Source: a virus
IMG/VR virus record: IMGVR_UViG_3300029319_007985
Location: 96,001-160,000 of that record
Reading direction: 5' to 3' (one strand)
DNA: 64,000 nucleotides
In this document: piece after piece, positions 18,653-28,475 of the stretch
How positions within the stretch are numbered: position 1 is the first letter of the stretch
Layout: every line of letters begins with the position of its first letter
The notes under the pieces: generated by a model
Seen by the model: only the letters and a program-made list of their open reading frames with translations
What the model was told of the DNA's origin: nothing
Database searches by the model: none
Translations under genes and position numbers: made by a program

Positions 18653-19551
18653 AATTTTTAATATTCAATGGTAGTTTAAAGGCAGATGCAGAATCAAATA
18701 CTTTTGCTGTTTGCAAAATGTTACAACTGGCCTTTGATAAACTTGGACATGAATGTGAGATAGTCACATTGAGAGATCTTGACTACGAAGGATCAACTGA
18801 TGATGTAAATGATGAACTTAAACCTTATATCATGAAGATGTTCGACATGGACGGAATAATTTTTGCTACTCCAATTTGGTGGGGCACACATAGTTGTCAT
18901 ATCCAGGCCATGTTGGAAAGACTTGACTTTATATACAGTTGGGCCAAAGACAACAAGTATCAACCATTTTATAACAAAGTATTTGGCACATTAGTGTCAG
19001 GTGGTGGAGATGGATTCCAACACATTCACGGAGTACTATATTCAGCGGCATCTAATTTTGGATTTACTATTCCGCCGCAGTGTAACATCGAATCCAAGGC
19101 ACAGGGCATAGAAGAAATCAAAAAAGACGAAGACACTTACAACCAAGTTAAAAACTGTGCGACTAACATGACAGTCTGGGGAGAACTGATGAGAGCCGGA
19201 AATCCTACACTGGCGGCAAGGCACGGTAGTGTCGACGTAAACGAAGCACTGGCTGAAGGAAAAAGAATACCACGTAAAAAAGGACAAAAGAGGAAAAGCA
19301 AAAAACATAGTGACCTTTACACAGATGAAGATCCAAAAGGCACTATCCACGGACTAGGATTCAAAGACGAGGCCACAGCAAGAGCCAGTGTAACAAAAAT
19401 CCGAAAGAGCGGTAGATCACACGCACACAAGATACAGGCCGCAGTGGCAATGGAACAGAGAGCGAGAGCGGCAGGCAAATCAGGACCAGCGGCGATCTAT
19501 AGAAAATATATCAACAGCATGAAGAAAAAAACAAAGGCTAAGAAAAAATAA
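18649..19551 (+). CDS. Flavodoxin-like NAD(P)H-dependent FMN reductase fused to a basic C-terminal module
   Basis: FNGSLK...SNT and DGIIFATPIWWG...ERLD motifs; basic tail after DVNEALAE. Confidence 0.8.
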   Translation: MKFLIFNGSLKADAESNTFAVCKMLQLAFDKLGHECEIVTLRDLDYEGSTDDVNDELKPYIMKMFDMDGIIFATPIWWGTHSCHIQAMLERLDFIYSWAKDNKYQPFYNKVFGTLVSGGGDGFQHIHGVLYSAASNFGFTIPPQCNIESKAQGIEEIKKDEDTYNQVKNCATNMTVWGELMRAGNPTLAARHGSVDVNEALAEGKRIPRKKGQKRKSKKHSDLYTDEDPKGTIHGLGFKDEATARASVTKIRKSGRSHAHKIQAAVAMEQRARAAGKSGPAAIYRKYINSMKKKTKAKKK

Positions 19552-19955
19552 TGAAAAGATTGGATATCAACGACAACACTAGTATCAGTATGCCAATAAG
19601 AAATATGATTGCAATTATAGGTGCAGTGGGCGTTGGCGTGTGGGCATACTTTGGAATCACAGAAAAATTGAATCAACATTCCACTTCGCTTACATTAATG
19701 AAAAAAGAGATGGAAGAAAACACAGAATTCAGGATAAAATATCCAAGAGGTGAATTGGGTCAGTCACAAAACGACCTTGAACAATTCATGCTTATTGAAG
19801 AACTTTACAAAACAGTTGACAAGATGGAAGGCGTGTTAGAAAACAACATGACCAATAAAGTTAATATTGAATTTTTAAGAAAACAAGTTGACAAAATGAT
19901 CGGCGATATTGAAGCACTGAAAGACGCTGATAGACAGATACAAAACGGACACTAA
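19551..19955 (+). CDS. Membrane-anchored coiled-coil hypothetical protein
   Basis: One TM followed by a coiled coil. Confidence 0.7.
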   Translation: MKRLDINDNTSISMPIRNMIAIIGAVGVGVWAYFGITEKLNQHSTSLTLMKKEMEENTEFRIKYPRGELGQSQNDLEQFMLIEELYKTVDKMEGVLENNMTNKVNIEFLRKQVDKMIGDIEALKDADRQIQNGH

Positions 19956-20170
19956 TGATTGAAACAGTTGTTGCTTTATTAATGATAGTACATGGTGAAA
20001 TCAAAGAACATCGTATTCAAGACTCTATGAGTGCATGTTTACGAGGTAAAAGAACAGCAGAGAGACAGTTTTCAGCAGGGGTCAAATACCAGTGTATCAA
20101 AAGCAAGGCTGAATTAGAAGAGAATGTAGACGGTTCAAGAGCAATCAAAAAAATAATATTGGCTGAATAA
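19955..20170 (+). CDS. Hypothetical protein
   Basis: ORF coupled to the upstream gene by TAATG. Confidence 0.7.
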   Translation: MIETVVALLMIVHGEIKEHRIQDSMSACLRGKRTAERQFSAGVKYQCIKSKAELEENVDGSRAIKKIILAE

Positions 20171-20178
20171 ATACACAT

Positions 20179-21681
20179 ATGCGTTTAAAAGAAATCAATC
20201 ATCCGGTACAAGCAGACACATACGAAGCAAGTATGGCCCTGAATCAGTTGCTAAAAATAGGGCAACACGCAATCAAACTACACAACCTACTTAAAGATGA
20301 ACAGGAAATGGAGTCTTGGGTGGCCAAGAAGATTGACCTAGCAGGTGACTATGTTAAAAAAGTACACGGTTACATGATGGGTGAAAAAGCAGGTTTGTAT
20401 GATGACGCAGGCGAAGGACACATGAGCAAAAGCACATTGTATCACACTGCCAAGTATGCAATACAACTTATGCAGATGATAGACAAAGGTGATGACCTAG
20501 AAGGTTGGGTGCAAAGCAAACTGAATAAGGCCGCTGATTATCTACAGGGTGCGTACAACTATGAAGAATATCAAAAACTATCTCCATACAGAGAAGACCT
20601 AGACGGATCAACATTTTCAAAACACAAAGAAATTATCAAAAAAAACATAGACGAGATATTGGCCAAAGAAACTGATCTAGATGACACAGACACAAAACCA
20701 GGCATGATGAGGATCCTTGGCAAAAGAGTTAATGACGTGGAAAAAGAAATGTCAAAAAAAATGCGTAAAGAACCGCCTGTGTTAGACAAAGACTTTGATG
20801 ACCAACCGAGATACAAAGGACAAAGAATAGATGTTGGTGAAAAACATGGTGGCGAACACAGCACATCAGGTAGAAGCATGACCAAGGGCGAAATGAACAA
20901 AAGAGAAAAAATTGTTAAAGCAATGAAGAAAGACAAAGCAGGATTCAAGAAAAGATATGGTAAAGATGCAGACGCAGTGATGTATGCCACAGCAACCAAA
21001 CAAGCAATGGGCGAGGACAAGTACGAATTCAGAGGCAATCCTTTTCCTATATTGGGCAAAGCAGAAAGTTATCTAAACTACGGTTCGGACATGGCAAAAG
21101 CCATCATGAACAACAGTGACAATTTGAAGGCCATGGCACAAACCTACTTGGACAGAGTACCTAGTTTCGTAAACACAGAGATGAAAGAAATATTTCCTAA
21201 AAACGAAAGCGGTATCATGTACAGAGCGGGTGTTAAAAAATACGGCAAAGCAGGTATGAAAGCCATACAAAGTGCCGCAGGCAAAGGTGCTAGTCATCAA
21301 GAAATAGGTAAAATTAAAGACAAGTATTTGAAAGACGATGAAATCGACGAAGGACTTAAAGACACACTTCAAAAATTGGCGGCCGCTGGAATAATTGTTG
21401 GTACAATGGCCGGTGCTGGATCTATGATTAATGCTTTAGATAATAGTGTGCCTGCAATGAAAGCCATGAATACTGCTTACAAAATGGCAACTGATGCAGG
21501 TAATGAAGAACTAGCACAAATGATTAAAAATGATATTTCAGCAGTAAAAGTAAGACTAAGTTCAGGCAAAGATTTAAACTTTGTGAAAGCAATGCAGGAC
21601 AAATATAGTAAATTCATGCCAACAGAAGGTTTAGCGTATGAGTCAAAACTCGCTGTACTGCTTAATCAACAACTTAAATAA
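20179..21681 (+). CDS. Multi-module late protein (putative head-internal polyprotein)
   Basis: MRLKEI leader; duplicated E.WV..K...A.DY module; several Glu-delimited segments. Confidence 0.6.
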   Translation: MRLKEINHPVQADTYEASMALNQLLKIGQHAIKLHNLLKDEQEMESWVAKKIDLAGDYVKKVHGYMMGEKAGLYDDAGEGHMSKSTLYHTAKYAIQLMQMIDKGDDLEGWVQSKLNKAADYLQGAYNYEEYQKLSPYREDLDGSTFSKHKEIIKKNIDEILAKETDLDDTDTKPGMMRILGKRVNDVEKEMSKKMRKEPPVLDKDFDDQPRYKGQRIDVGEKHGGEHSTSGRSMTKGEMNKREKIVKAMKKDKAGFKKRYGKDADAVMYATATKQAMGEDKYEFRGNPFPILGKAESYLNYGSDMAKAIMNNSDNLKAMAQTYLDRVPSFVNTEMKEIFPKNESGIMYRAGVKKYGKAGMKAIQSAAGKGASHQEIGKIKDKYLKDDEIDEGLKDTLQKLAAAGIIVGTMAGAGSMINALDNSVPAMKAMNTAYKMATDAGNEELAQMIKNDISAVKVRLSSGKDLNFVKAMQDKYSKFMPTEGLAYESKLAVLLNQQLK

Positions 21682-21707
21682 AACAGCAACACTACTAAAT
21701 AAATCAA

Positions 21708-22832
21708 ATGGCAAGTAAAAAACCCAAAAAAGAAAACAGTTTCGCAGACCTAGTCGCTCGTTTGAACGCAATGAGCAACATGACTAAGGAAGAAGAACGT
21801 GCATCTCTTATGGAAGCGGCTAGACAAGAGCCAAGAATATTAGATGACAAAGAAGTTTCACTGGCTGACATCGCAAAACTAGCCGGAATAAAAGAGTACC
21901 AAGAGGAACCAAAAGTTTCTGCTAAAGCAGAGAAGTTGGTTGAGTCGATCACAAAAGAATCAAGCGCAGAGTCTATAATAACAAAAGCCATAAAAGAATC
22001 AGATGCAGATGAATCAATTTCAACACAAATTAAAAAAGAGGTTACAGAAGAATCTAAAAGATTAGACAAAATTGCAGAATTGGAAGCGCAATTGGCAGAA
22101 TTAAAAGCACAGGAAAAAGAAGAAGCAACACTGGATTCAGATGCTTTCAAAGAAACATTTGTAAATGAAATAACAGAATACGTAAAAGAAGCAGAAGCAG
22201 ACAAACTTGCAGAACTATATAATGCTTTTTCAAATAACACAGTTGAAGTTAAGGAAGATTCATTTTTAATTAAAACACCAGAAACGCAAGAAGTTATAGC
22301 AGACGCAGAAAAGGCAGAAGCACCAGCAGAAGAAGAAGTTGTACAGGAAAAGGAACCAGAAGTAGACACTGAACAAGCAACTGACGAGGCTTCAGGATAC
22401 CAGGGTTCAGCAGAAGCAAGAAAACACGAAGTGACTTTAGCGGGTGATTTTACTCCAGAAGAGCCGGTGACAGAAAAAGATGCCGAATCAATTGAAAAAA
22501 TGTTACAGGACGCAGGTATTCCTGCAGAAGTAAGTCCTACCGATGAAAAATTTGATAGAGTTCAAGTACAAACAATGGCTGACAAAGATGCTATTTTAAA
22601 AGTTTTAGGTGACATGGTCGAAGAGAACATGGAAGTAGAATACACCGATGACTTATCAGAAGCAAAAAAGAAGCCTGTACCAACTTCTCCCGAAAAATGG
22701 TCCAGAGCAAAGGCCAAAGCAAGATCCAAATTTGATGTTTATCCATCTGCATATGCAAACGCATACGCCGCCAAAGAGTACAAAAAAATGGGTGGTGGTT
22801 GGAGAATGGGTAAGCCTAAGAAGAAAAAGTAA
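21708..22832 (+). CDS. Acidic coiled-coil, prohead core/scaffold-like protein with basic C-terminal module
   Basis: Very Glu-rich; IAKLAGIKE motif; basic PSAYANAYAAKEYKKMGGGWR tail after DLSE; late promoter. Confidence 0.5.
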   Translation: MASKKPKKENSFADLVARLNAMSNMTKEEERASLMEAARQEPRILDDKEVSLADIAKLAGIKEYQEEPKVSAKAEKLVESITKESSAESIITKAIKESDADESISTQIKKEVTEESKRLDKIAELEAQLAELKAQEKEEATLDSDAFKETFVNEITEYVKEAEADKLAELYNAFSNNTVEVKEDSFLIKTPETQEVIADAEKAEAPAEEEVVQEKEPEVDTEQATDEASGYQGSAEARKHEVTLAGDFTPEEPVTEKDAESIEKMLQDAGIPAEVSPTDEKFDRVQVQTMADKDAILKVLGDMVEENMEVEYTDDLSEAKKKPVPTSPEKWSRAKAKARSKFDVYPSAYANAYAAKEYKKMGGGWRMGKPKKKK

Positions 22833-22844
22833 TAAGTACGTGTG

Positions 22845-23495
22845 ATGAAAATCACATTAACCCAAAATAAATTTAATCCAAATCCATATTACGATCAACG
22901 AATAAAAGCAATTCTTTCTGACAACTTTGTTAAAAACTTACCAGGAACAATAGATACCTTTGACCAGAATGGTTTCGATCTTACTAATCTTGAAAGATTA
23001 TATGCCAAAAAAATGGACTACAAAATTAAAAAGGTTAGAACAAGCCACTGGGTGTTGAAAGAAGATTGGTTCACTTCCGAGCCAACAGACAGAGGTTGCC
23101 ATATAAATCACGCAGTGATTTTTGAAAGAAAAGGATTTACAGGTGCGGCAAAAGAACAAATGGAAGAATTTGCTGAGAAATGTCCTTTGGTTCATAAAGT
23201 CTTGCAAATAAGACCTAAATGGGGATTGGACTTTTCAATAGACTATGCAGATGCCGAGGGTAACGTGTTTGAAGTGTTACATTGGGAGTGGGACAGTTTT
23301 AATTTTGAAGAAATACAGGAAAAGAAAAAATACATGGATGATTTTTTACAGGCACAAGATTTTGATGAAATGGCTCTACGACTATTGGACAAAAAGTCAG
23401 AGTGGCACCATTTAGGCTTTTTTGAACAAAGTGATTACAAAACTAATTTTTTTGGTATAGAAAAAGAACGATTTAAGATGGTTCTCTGGAAATAA
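22845..23495 (+). CDS. Hypothetical protein
   Basis: About 216 aa ORF; TAAGTA promoter variant 6 nt upstream. Confidence 0.7.
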   Translation: MKITLTQNKFNPNPYYDQRIKAILSDNFVKNLPGTIDTFDQNGFDLTNLERLYAKKMDYKIKKVRTSHWVLKEDWFTSEPTDRGCHINHAVIFERKGFTGAAKEQMEEFAEKCPLVHKVLQIRPKWGLDFSIDYADAEGNVFEVLHWEWDSFNFEEIQEKKKYMDDFLQAQDFDEMALRLLDKKSEWHHLGFFEQSDYKTNFFGIEKERFKMVLWK

Positions 23496-23503
23496 ATATT
23501 GAT

Positions 23504-24358
23504 ATGACTATACCTTGGAATTTTAAACAATACTATCAGAACCTAGCGCATCTAAAACAAAGAGGACACGTAAGTTCGGGAGAACAGATTCAGTCTCCAG
23601 TATCAGCAGGTAGCCGAGGACTTGCCAACGTTGAACATTTTGCTGACAAGTCAGTGCAAATGATGGGATCACAAATAGATGAATCTGCTGATAGAGAATA
23701 CCAAAATTTAGACAAAGATACTATTGAAAAACTTAGAGAGAAATACCTACCTGATTGGGAATACAAAGATAACAGTTTACAAAAAAGATATAAGTTTGAA
23801 GATTACTTCCAGGTAGTGAAGTTTTTGATTGACACAATAAAGCCACAAGAAGAACTAGACCATCATGCAGACTTAGGAGTCTTCTACGATGAAGTTTTGG
23901 TAAAAATTTACACACACAGAACAAAAGATGTCACTGACTATGATTTTAAGGTCGCACTGCAAATGGATATGATTGCAAAAAAGAAACATGGTGCAATAAA
24001 ACCTGATTATGACTTATCAGCCTTAGTTGATGATTTTGATTTTTGTATAAACTGTGGCGACTTGATACTAAATGAAAGAAAGTACCAAGGTGGATTGCGT
24101 AAATGGTTCAAACAAAAATGGGTGAACATAGCCAAGAAAAAGAAAGGTGGAGGCCATCCTGAGTGTGGTACTTCAGGTTCTAAAAGAGGTTATGCAAAAT
24201 GTGTGCCGGCATCAAAGGCACGTTCAATGTCAAAAAAGCAGAAAAAGTCAGCAGTATCAAGAAAAAGAGCCGCACAGCGAAAAGCAGGTAGAGGTGGTAA
24301 AGATACAGGTGGCACTGGTAAAAAGCCAATTAGAGTTTCTACAAAGCCTAAAAAATAA
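23504..24358 (+). CDS. Pterin-4a-carbinolamine dehydratase (PCD)-like domain fused to a basic module
   Basis: LPDW...YKFEDY...DHHADL...YTH...DVTDYDFKVA; basic GGLRKWFKQKWV tail. Confidence 0.7.
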   Translation: MTIPWNFKQYYQNLAHLKQRGHVSSGEQIQSPVSAGSRGLANVEHFADKSVQMMGSQIDESADREYQNLDKDTIEKLREKYLPDWEYKDNSLQKRYKFEDYFQVVKFLIDTIKPQEELDHHADLGVFYDEVLVKIYTHRTKDVTDYDFKVALQMDMIAKKKHGAIKPDYDLSALVDDFDFCINCGDLILNERKYQGGLRKWFKQKWVNIAKKKKGGGHPECGTSGSKRGYAKCVPASKARSMSKKQKKSAVSRKRAAQRKAGRGGKDTGGTGKKPIRVSTKPKK

Positions 24359-24387
24359 TTGCTTTTACTCCAATCATAAAGTATAAT
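24359..24387 (+). promoter_or_regulatory. Sigma70-like promoter for the replication operon
   Basis: TTGCTT-N17-TATAAT, then AAGGAG SD. Confidence 0.6.
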
Positions 24388-24404
24388 AGTAAAAAGGAGA
24401 AAAA

Positions 24405-24656
24405 ATGCGAAATTTCAACGAAGCAGAAAAACAAAAACTAATACAAATTATAAACCAAGGTTCACAAGTTCTCGGAGAAGTCGACGATCTTAAATCAGGA
24501 TTGAAGGACACTGTAAGGGCACTTGCAGAAGAACTAGAACTTAAACCAGCACTCATCAACAAAGCCATATCGGTTGCACACAAAGACAACTACAAGGGTG
24601 TGTCAGACGACATGGATCAAGTAGAAGCGATACTAACAGCCGCGGGTAAAATTTAG
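24405..24656 (+). CDS. T4 DsbA/GapR-like small dsDNA-binding protein
   Basis: Helical, LKDTVRALAEELELKP..INK pattern; upstream of the polymerase. Confidence 0.55.
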   Translation: MRNFNEAEKQKLIQIINQGSQVLGEVDDLKSGLKDTVRALAEELELKPALINKAISVAHKDNYKGVSDDMDQVEAILTAAGKI

Positions 24657-24937
24657 TGTATAATTTACTCAAAGAATTTTGGGTAAACAGTTATAACACA
24701 GATAAGACAGCATTTTATCTTGAGATTATATCTGTGGCATTTACCATTGCAGGATCAGTGATATTGACTTTCACTTCTCCTTATCCTATAATGGAGTATG
24801 TGTTTCCTGTCTATCTGGTAGGATCTTGCACACTGGCCATTGCATGTTGGAGAAGAAGAATAATTTGGACACTGGTTTTGGCAAGTTGGTTTACTATAAT
24901 GAATGTGATTGGAAACATTAAAGTATTTTTATTATGA
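24656..24937 (+). CDS. Small membrane protein (3 TM)
   Basis: Hydrophobic helices. Confidence 0.7.
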   Translation: MYNLLKEFWVNSYNTDKTAFYLEIISVAFTIAGSVILTFTSPYPIMEYVFPVYLVGSCTLAIACWRRRIIWTLVLASWFTIMNVIGNIKVFLL

Positions 24938-27594
24938 GTTATATAGATGCATTCTATAAAAGAGATGAGGACAAAGTCCGTGTAGTTGAAAGAGACTCCA
25001 AAGGACAAAGAAAGTTTGTAGACTACGACGCAAGATATACATTTTACTATCCTGACAGCAGAGGAAAACACAGAAGTATATTTGGAGAACAACTGCAAAA
25101 AGTACAATGCTCCACTTTCAAGCAATTTATAAAAGAACAAAAAATAAGATCAAATAAAAAATTATACGAACAAGATATAAATCCAGTCTTTAGGTGCCTG
25201 GAAGAAAATTATCTCGGTAAGGAAACTCCAAAATTAAATGTTGTATTTTTCGATATTGAAGTTGACTTCGACCCACAGCGTGGATATTCTACTACAGATG
25301 ATCCATTTATGCCAATAACAGCAATAACTTGTTATCTAAGTTGGAGCGATCAATTAGTAACACTTGCGGTTCCGCCAAAGACACTAAACATGTCAGGAGC
25401 AAAAATGGCGACAGAACGTTTTGAAAACGTCATGTTGTTTGAAAAAGAAGCGGACATGTTAGACGCATTTTTAACACTGATAGATGATGCGGACATTTTG
25501 AGTGGATGGAACTCGGAAGGTTATGATATTCCATACACTGTTGGTAGGATACAAAAAACATTGAGTAGCGACGACACAAGAAGACTATGCTTCTGGGGTG
25601 AAAAGCCAAAGCGTAGGACATTTGAGAAATATGGCAGAGAGCAACTAAGTTATGACCTGATAGGAAGAGTGCATTTGGATCTGCTAGAACTTTACAGAAA
25701 ATACACATATGAAGAAAGACATTCGTACAGACTAGATGCAATAGGTGAACACGAACTTGGCGAAAAAAAGACAGTGTATGAAGGATCTTTGGACAACCTA
25801 TATAATAATGACTTTGGTTTGTTTATAGAATACAATAGACAAGACTGTGCTCTACTTGCCAAACTGGAAAAAAAATTAAAATTTATTGAACTTGCAAACG
25901 AAATAGCACACCAAAATACCGTGTTATTACAGACTACGATGGGGGCAGTCGCAGTGACTGAACAAGCAATCGTGAATGAAGCACACAGAAGAGGCATGAT
26001 TGTGCCTGGAAGAGTCAAACGTGCCGAAGGAGAATCTGTCACGGCGGCTGGTGCATACGTGGCCACGCCCAAGAAAGGTTTACATAATTGGATAGGTAGT
26101 TGCGATATCAACAGTCTATATCCAAGTGTAATTAGAGCATTGAACATGGGACCAGAATCAATTGTTGGACAGATACGCCCTGTTATCACGTCTGCGGAAA
26201 TAAATCGTGCAAGGCACCAGAAAAAGTCATTTGCGGCGGCTTGGGATAATCAATTTGGCACTTGGGAATATCAAGCAGTAATGAAACAAGATAAAGGCAC
26301 TGAAATAATAGTTGACTGGGAAGATGGCACAAGTGTGAAAATGAGTGCAGGGCAACTACACGAACTTGTGTTTGAGAGTAATAATCAATGGATGTTGAGT
26401 GCAAACGGAACTATTTTCACGTATGAATTTGAAGCAATCATCCCTGGACTACTTAAAAGATGGTATGCTGAAAGAAAAGAAATGCAACGTAAGATGCATG
26501 AGTGCGGTGATAATGAAATAGAAAAAGAGTTTTGGGACAAAAGGCAACTAGTCAAAAAAATTAATTTAAACAGTTTGTATGGAGCAATCTTAAATCCAGG
26601 TTGCAGATTCTTCGACATAAGGATTGGACAGTCAGTAACACTAACTGGTAGATGTATCACAAAACACATGGGCGCAAAAGTAAATGAAGTAATAACTGGC
26701 GACTATGATCATAAAGGTGATTCAGTAATTTACGGCGACACAGATTCAGTTTACTTTAGTGCTTACAAACCGCTACAGAATGAAATAACGTCTGGAAAAG
26801 TGCCATGGCAAAAAGAAAACATAATAAATTTATATGATAAAATTGCTGACGAAGTCAATAACTCCTTTACACAATACATGACCAAAGCATTTCACTGTCC
26901 AAAAACTAGAGGCGAGGTAATAAAAGCAGGACGTGAATTAGTTGCTAGTAAAGGATTGTTTATTACAAAGAAAAGATATGCAGTGTTGTACTTCGACAAG
27001 GAGGGAGAACGTCAAGATATAGCCGGCTCGCCAGGAAAAATGAAGGCAATGGGACTTGATCTTAAAAGATCTGACACTCCTGTTTTTGTACAAAACTTTC
27101 TAAGTGAGTTGTTGATGATGGTTTTGACTAACAAAACTGAAGAAGAAGTCCTAAAAAGAATATCTGAATTTAGGTCAGAGTTCAAAGCAAGGCCAGGTTG
27201 GGAAAAAGGATCACCAAAAAGAGCAAACAACGTTACAGAATATCTTGCAAAAGAAACTAAACAAGGGAGAGCCAACATGCCAGGGCACGTAAGAGCAAGT
27301 ATAAACTGGAATAGATGTAGAGAAATGTACAGCGACAAATATTCTCTTCCTATAACGGATGGAGCAAAAGTGATTGTGTGTAAATTGAAAAACAATCCAT
27401 TAGGCTACACTTCAATAGCCTATCCAGTTGACGAGATGAGAATACCCGACTGGTTCAAAGAAATGCCATTTGATGCTGAAGCAATGGAATCTACAATACT
27501 AGATCAAAAAATAGACAATCTTATCGGGGTGCTTAATTGGGACGTACAAAGCACAGAGACCACAAACACATTCAACAAACTATTCCAATTTTAA
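24934..27594 (+). CDS. Family B DNA polymerase (gp43-like) with 3'-5' exonuclease
   Basis: FFDIEV, GWNSEGYDIPY, DINSLYPS, KINLNSLYG, YGDTDS and KKRYA motifs. Confidence 0.97.
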   Translation: MSYIDAFYKRDEDKVRVVERDSKGQRKFVDYDARYTFYYPDSRGKHRSIFGEQLQKVQCSTFKQFIKEQKIRSNKKLYEQDINPVFRCLEENYLGKETPKLNVVFFDIEVDFDPQRGYSTTDDPFMPITAITCYLSWSDQLVTLAVPPKTLNMSGAKMATERFENVMLFEKEADMLDAFLTLIDDADILSGWNSEGYDIPYTVGRIQKTLSSDDTRRLCFWGEKPKRRTFEKYGREQLSYDLIGRVHLDLLELYRKYTYEERHSYRLDAIGEHELGEKKTVYEGSLDNLYNNDFGLFIEYNRQDCALLAKLEKKLKFIELANEIAHQNTVLLQTTMGAVAVTEQAIVNEAHRRGMIVPGRVKRAEGESVTAAGAYVATPKKGLHNWIGSCDINSLYPSVIRALNMGPESIVGQIRPVITSAEINRARHQKKSFAAAWDNQFGTWEYQAVMKQDKGTEIIVDWEDGTSVKMSAGQLHELVFESNNQWMLSANGTIFTYEFEAIIPGLLKRWYAERKEMQRKMHECGDNEIEKEFWDKRQLVKKINLNSLYGAILNPGCRFFDIRIGQSVTLTGRCITKHMGAKVNEVITGDYDHKGDSVIYGDTDSVYFSAYKPLQNEITSGKVPWQKENIINLYDKIADEVNNSFTQYMTKAFHCPKTRGEVIKAGRELVASKGLFITKKRYAVLYFDKEGERQDIAGSPGKMKAMGLDLKRSDTPVFVQNFLSELLMMVLTNKTEEEVLKRISEFRSEFKARPGWEKGSPKRANNVTEYLAKETKQGRANMPGHVRASINWNRCREMYSDKYSLPITDGAKVIVCKLKNNPLGYTSIAYPVDEMRIPDWFKEMPFDAEAMESTILDQKIDNLIGVLNWDVQSTETTNTFNKLFQF

Positions 27595-27601
27595 ATACAA
27601 G

Positions 27602-28429
27602 ATGCTTAGTATAGAAGAGATAAAACTAACAATATCTGCTCTCAAAAAATTACGAGATACAAAAAATTGGGAAGATTGCATTGACAGTTACTTAAAAAAA
27701 TTAGAAGAACTGGCCAGACGTGTTGACGCATACAACGACGATCAAATCCAACAATTGGATAAGACAAAAGATTGGTATCAGCAAGAGTTAGATTGGACAC
27801 ATAATAGAAAAAAACACTTGTACGACGAGTTGCTTGACAAGATGATCGAATCAAAAATATTTCAGTTTGCGAAAGCAGGCAAAACAGCCAACATGCAAAA
27901 CTCTTTGGAAATAGGACCAGGGTATGGTAGGTACAGTAAAATGTTTTTGTCTTGGAGGCTGAACTATTTTCTAGACTTATTGCCAACATGTGAAACTAAA
28001 ATTAAGAAAAAATTTCACCCACCTCATCACAAATATATTAAATTTTATACGACACTACGTTGTGACTGTTCTCCAATACCAACCAACAGTTGTAATTTTG
28101 TTTTTTCCTGGAACACCTTTACTTTCTTTACACAAAAACACATCAATGAATACCTAGGAGACATGAAAAGGGTAATGTTACCAGGCGGATATGCTCTTAT
28201 ACATTATGCCAACTGTGAATATGATAAAGACTTGCACGAGGCAAAGCGTGGTTATTGGAACTTCAATACTAAAACAGACATGCACAAAATGATCCAATCA
28301 CATGGTTATGACATCATAGAAAGCGATCAATTTAAACAAGGCGCCAATTATGTTATCTTCAAAAAACTTGGTAATCTAAATCCTGTGCTTTATCAAGTTT
28401 TAGAAATGCCGCTAGATAAAGAAAAATAA
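27602..28429 (+). CDS. Class I SAM-dependent methyltransferase
   Basis: LEIGPGYGR motif I; FVFSWNTF; RVMLPGG. Confidence 0.8.
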   Translation: MLSIEEIKLTISALKKLRDTKNWEDCIDSYLKKLEELARRVDAYNDDQIQQLDKTKDWYQQELDWTHNRKKHLYDELLDKMIESKIFQFAKAGKTANMQNSLEIGPGYGRYSKMFLSWRLNYFLDLLPTCETKIKKKFHPPHHKYIKFYTTLRCDCSPIPTNSCNFVFSWNTFTFFTQKHINEYLGDMKRVMLPGGYALIHYANCEYDKDLHEAKRGYWNFNTKTDMHKMIQSHGYDIIESDQFKQGANYVIFKKLGNLNPVLYQVLEMPLDKEK

Positions 28430-28437
28430 TTTAACAG

Positions 28438-28466
28438 TTGATTCTGATCTAAATATTTTATATAAT
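28438..28466 (+). promoter_or_regulatory. Sigma70-like promoter upstream of clamp-dpdA
   Basis: TTGATT-N17-TATAAT; also contains TAAATA. Confidence 0.55.
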
Positions 28467-28475
28467 AATTGTATT

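Noticed and set aside
23504-24358. PCD plus FolE as a tetrahydrobiopterin pathway
   Set aside because: No aromatic amino-acid hydroxylase or sepiapterin reductase was seen, and folE is better explained by queE/dpdA.
24934-27594. Intein or intron in the DNA polymerase
   Set aside because: The ORF is a continuous 886 aa with normal motif spacing; no splice-junction or homing-endonuclease motifs were seen.
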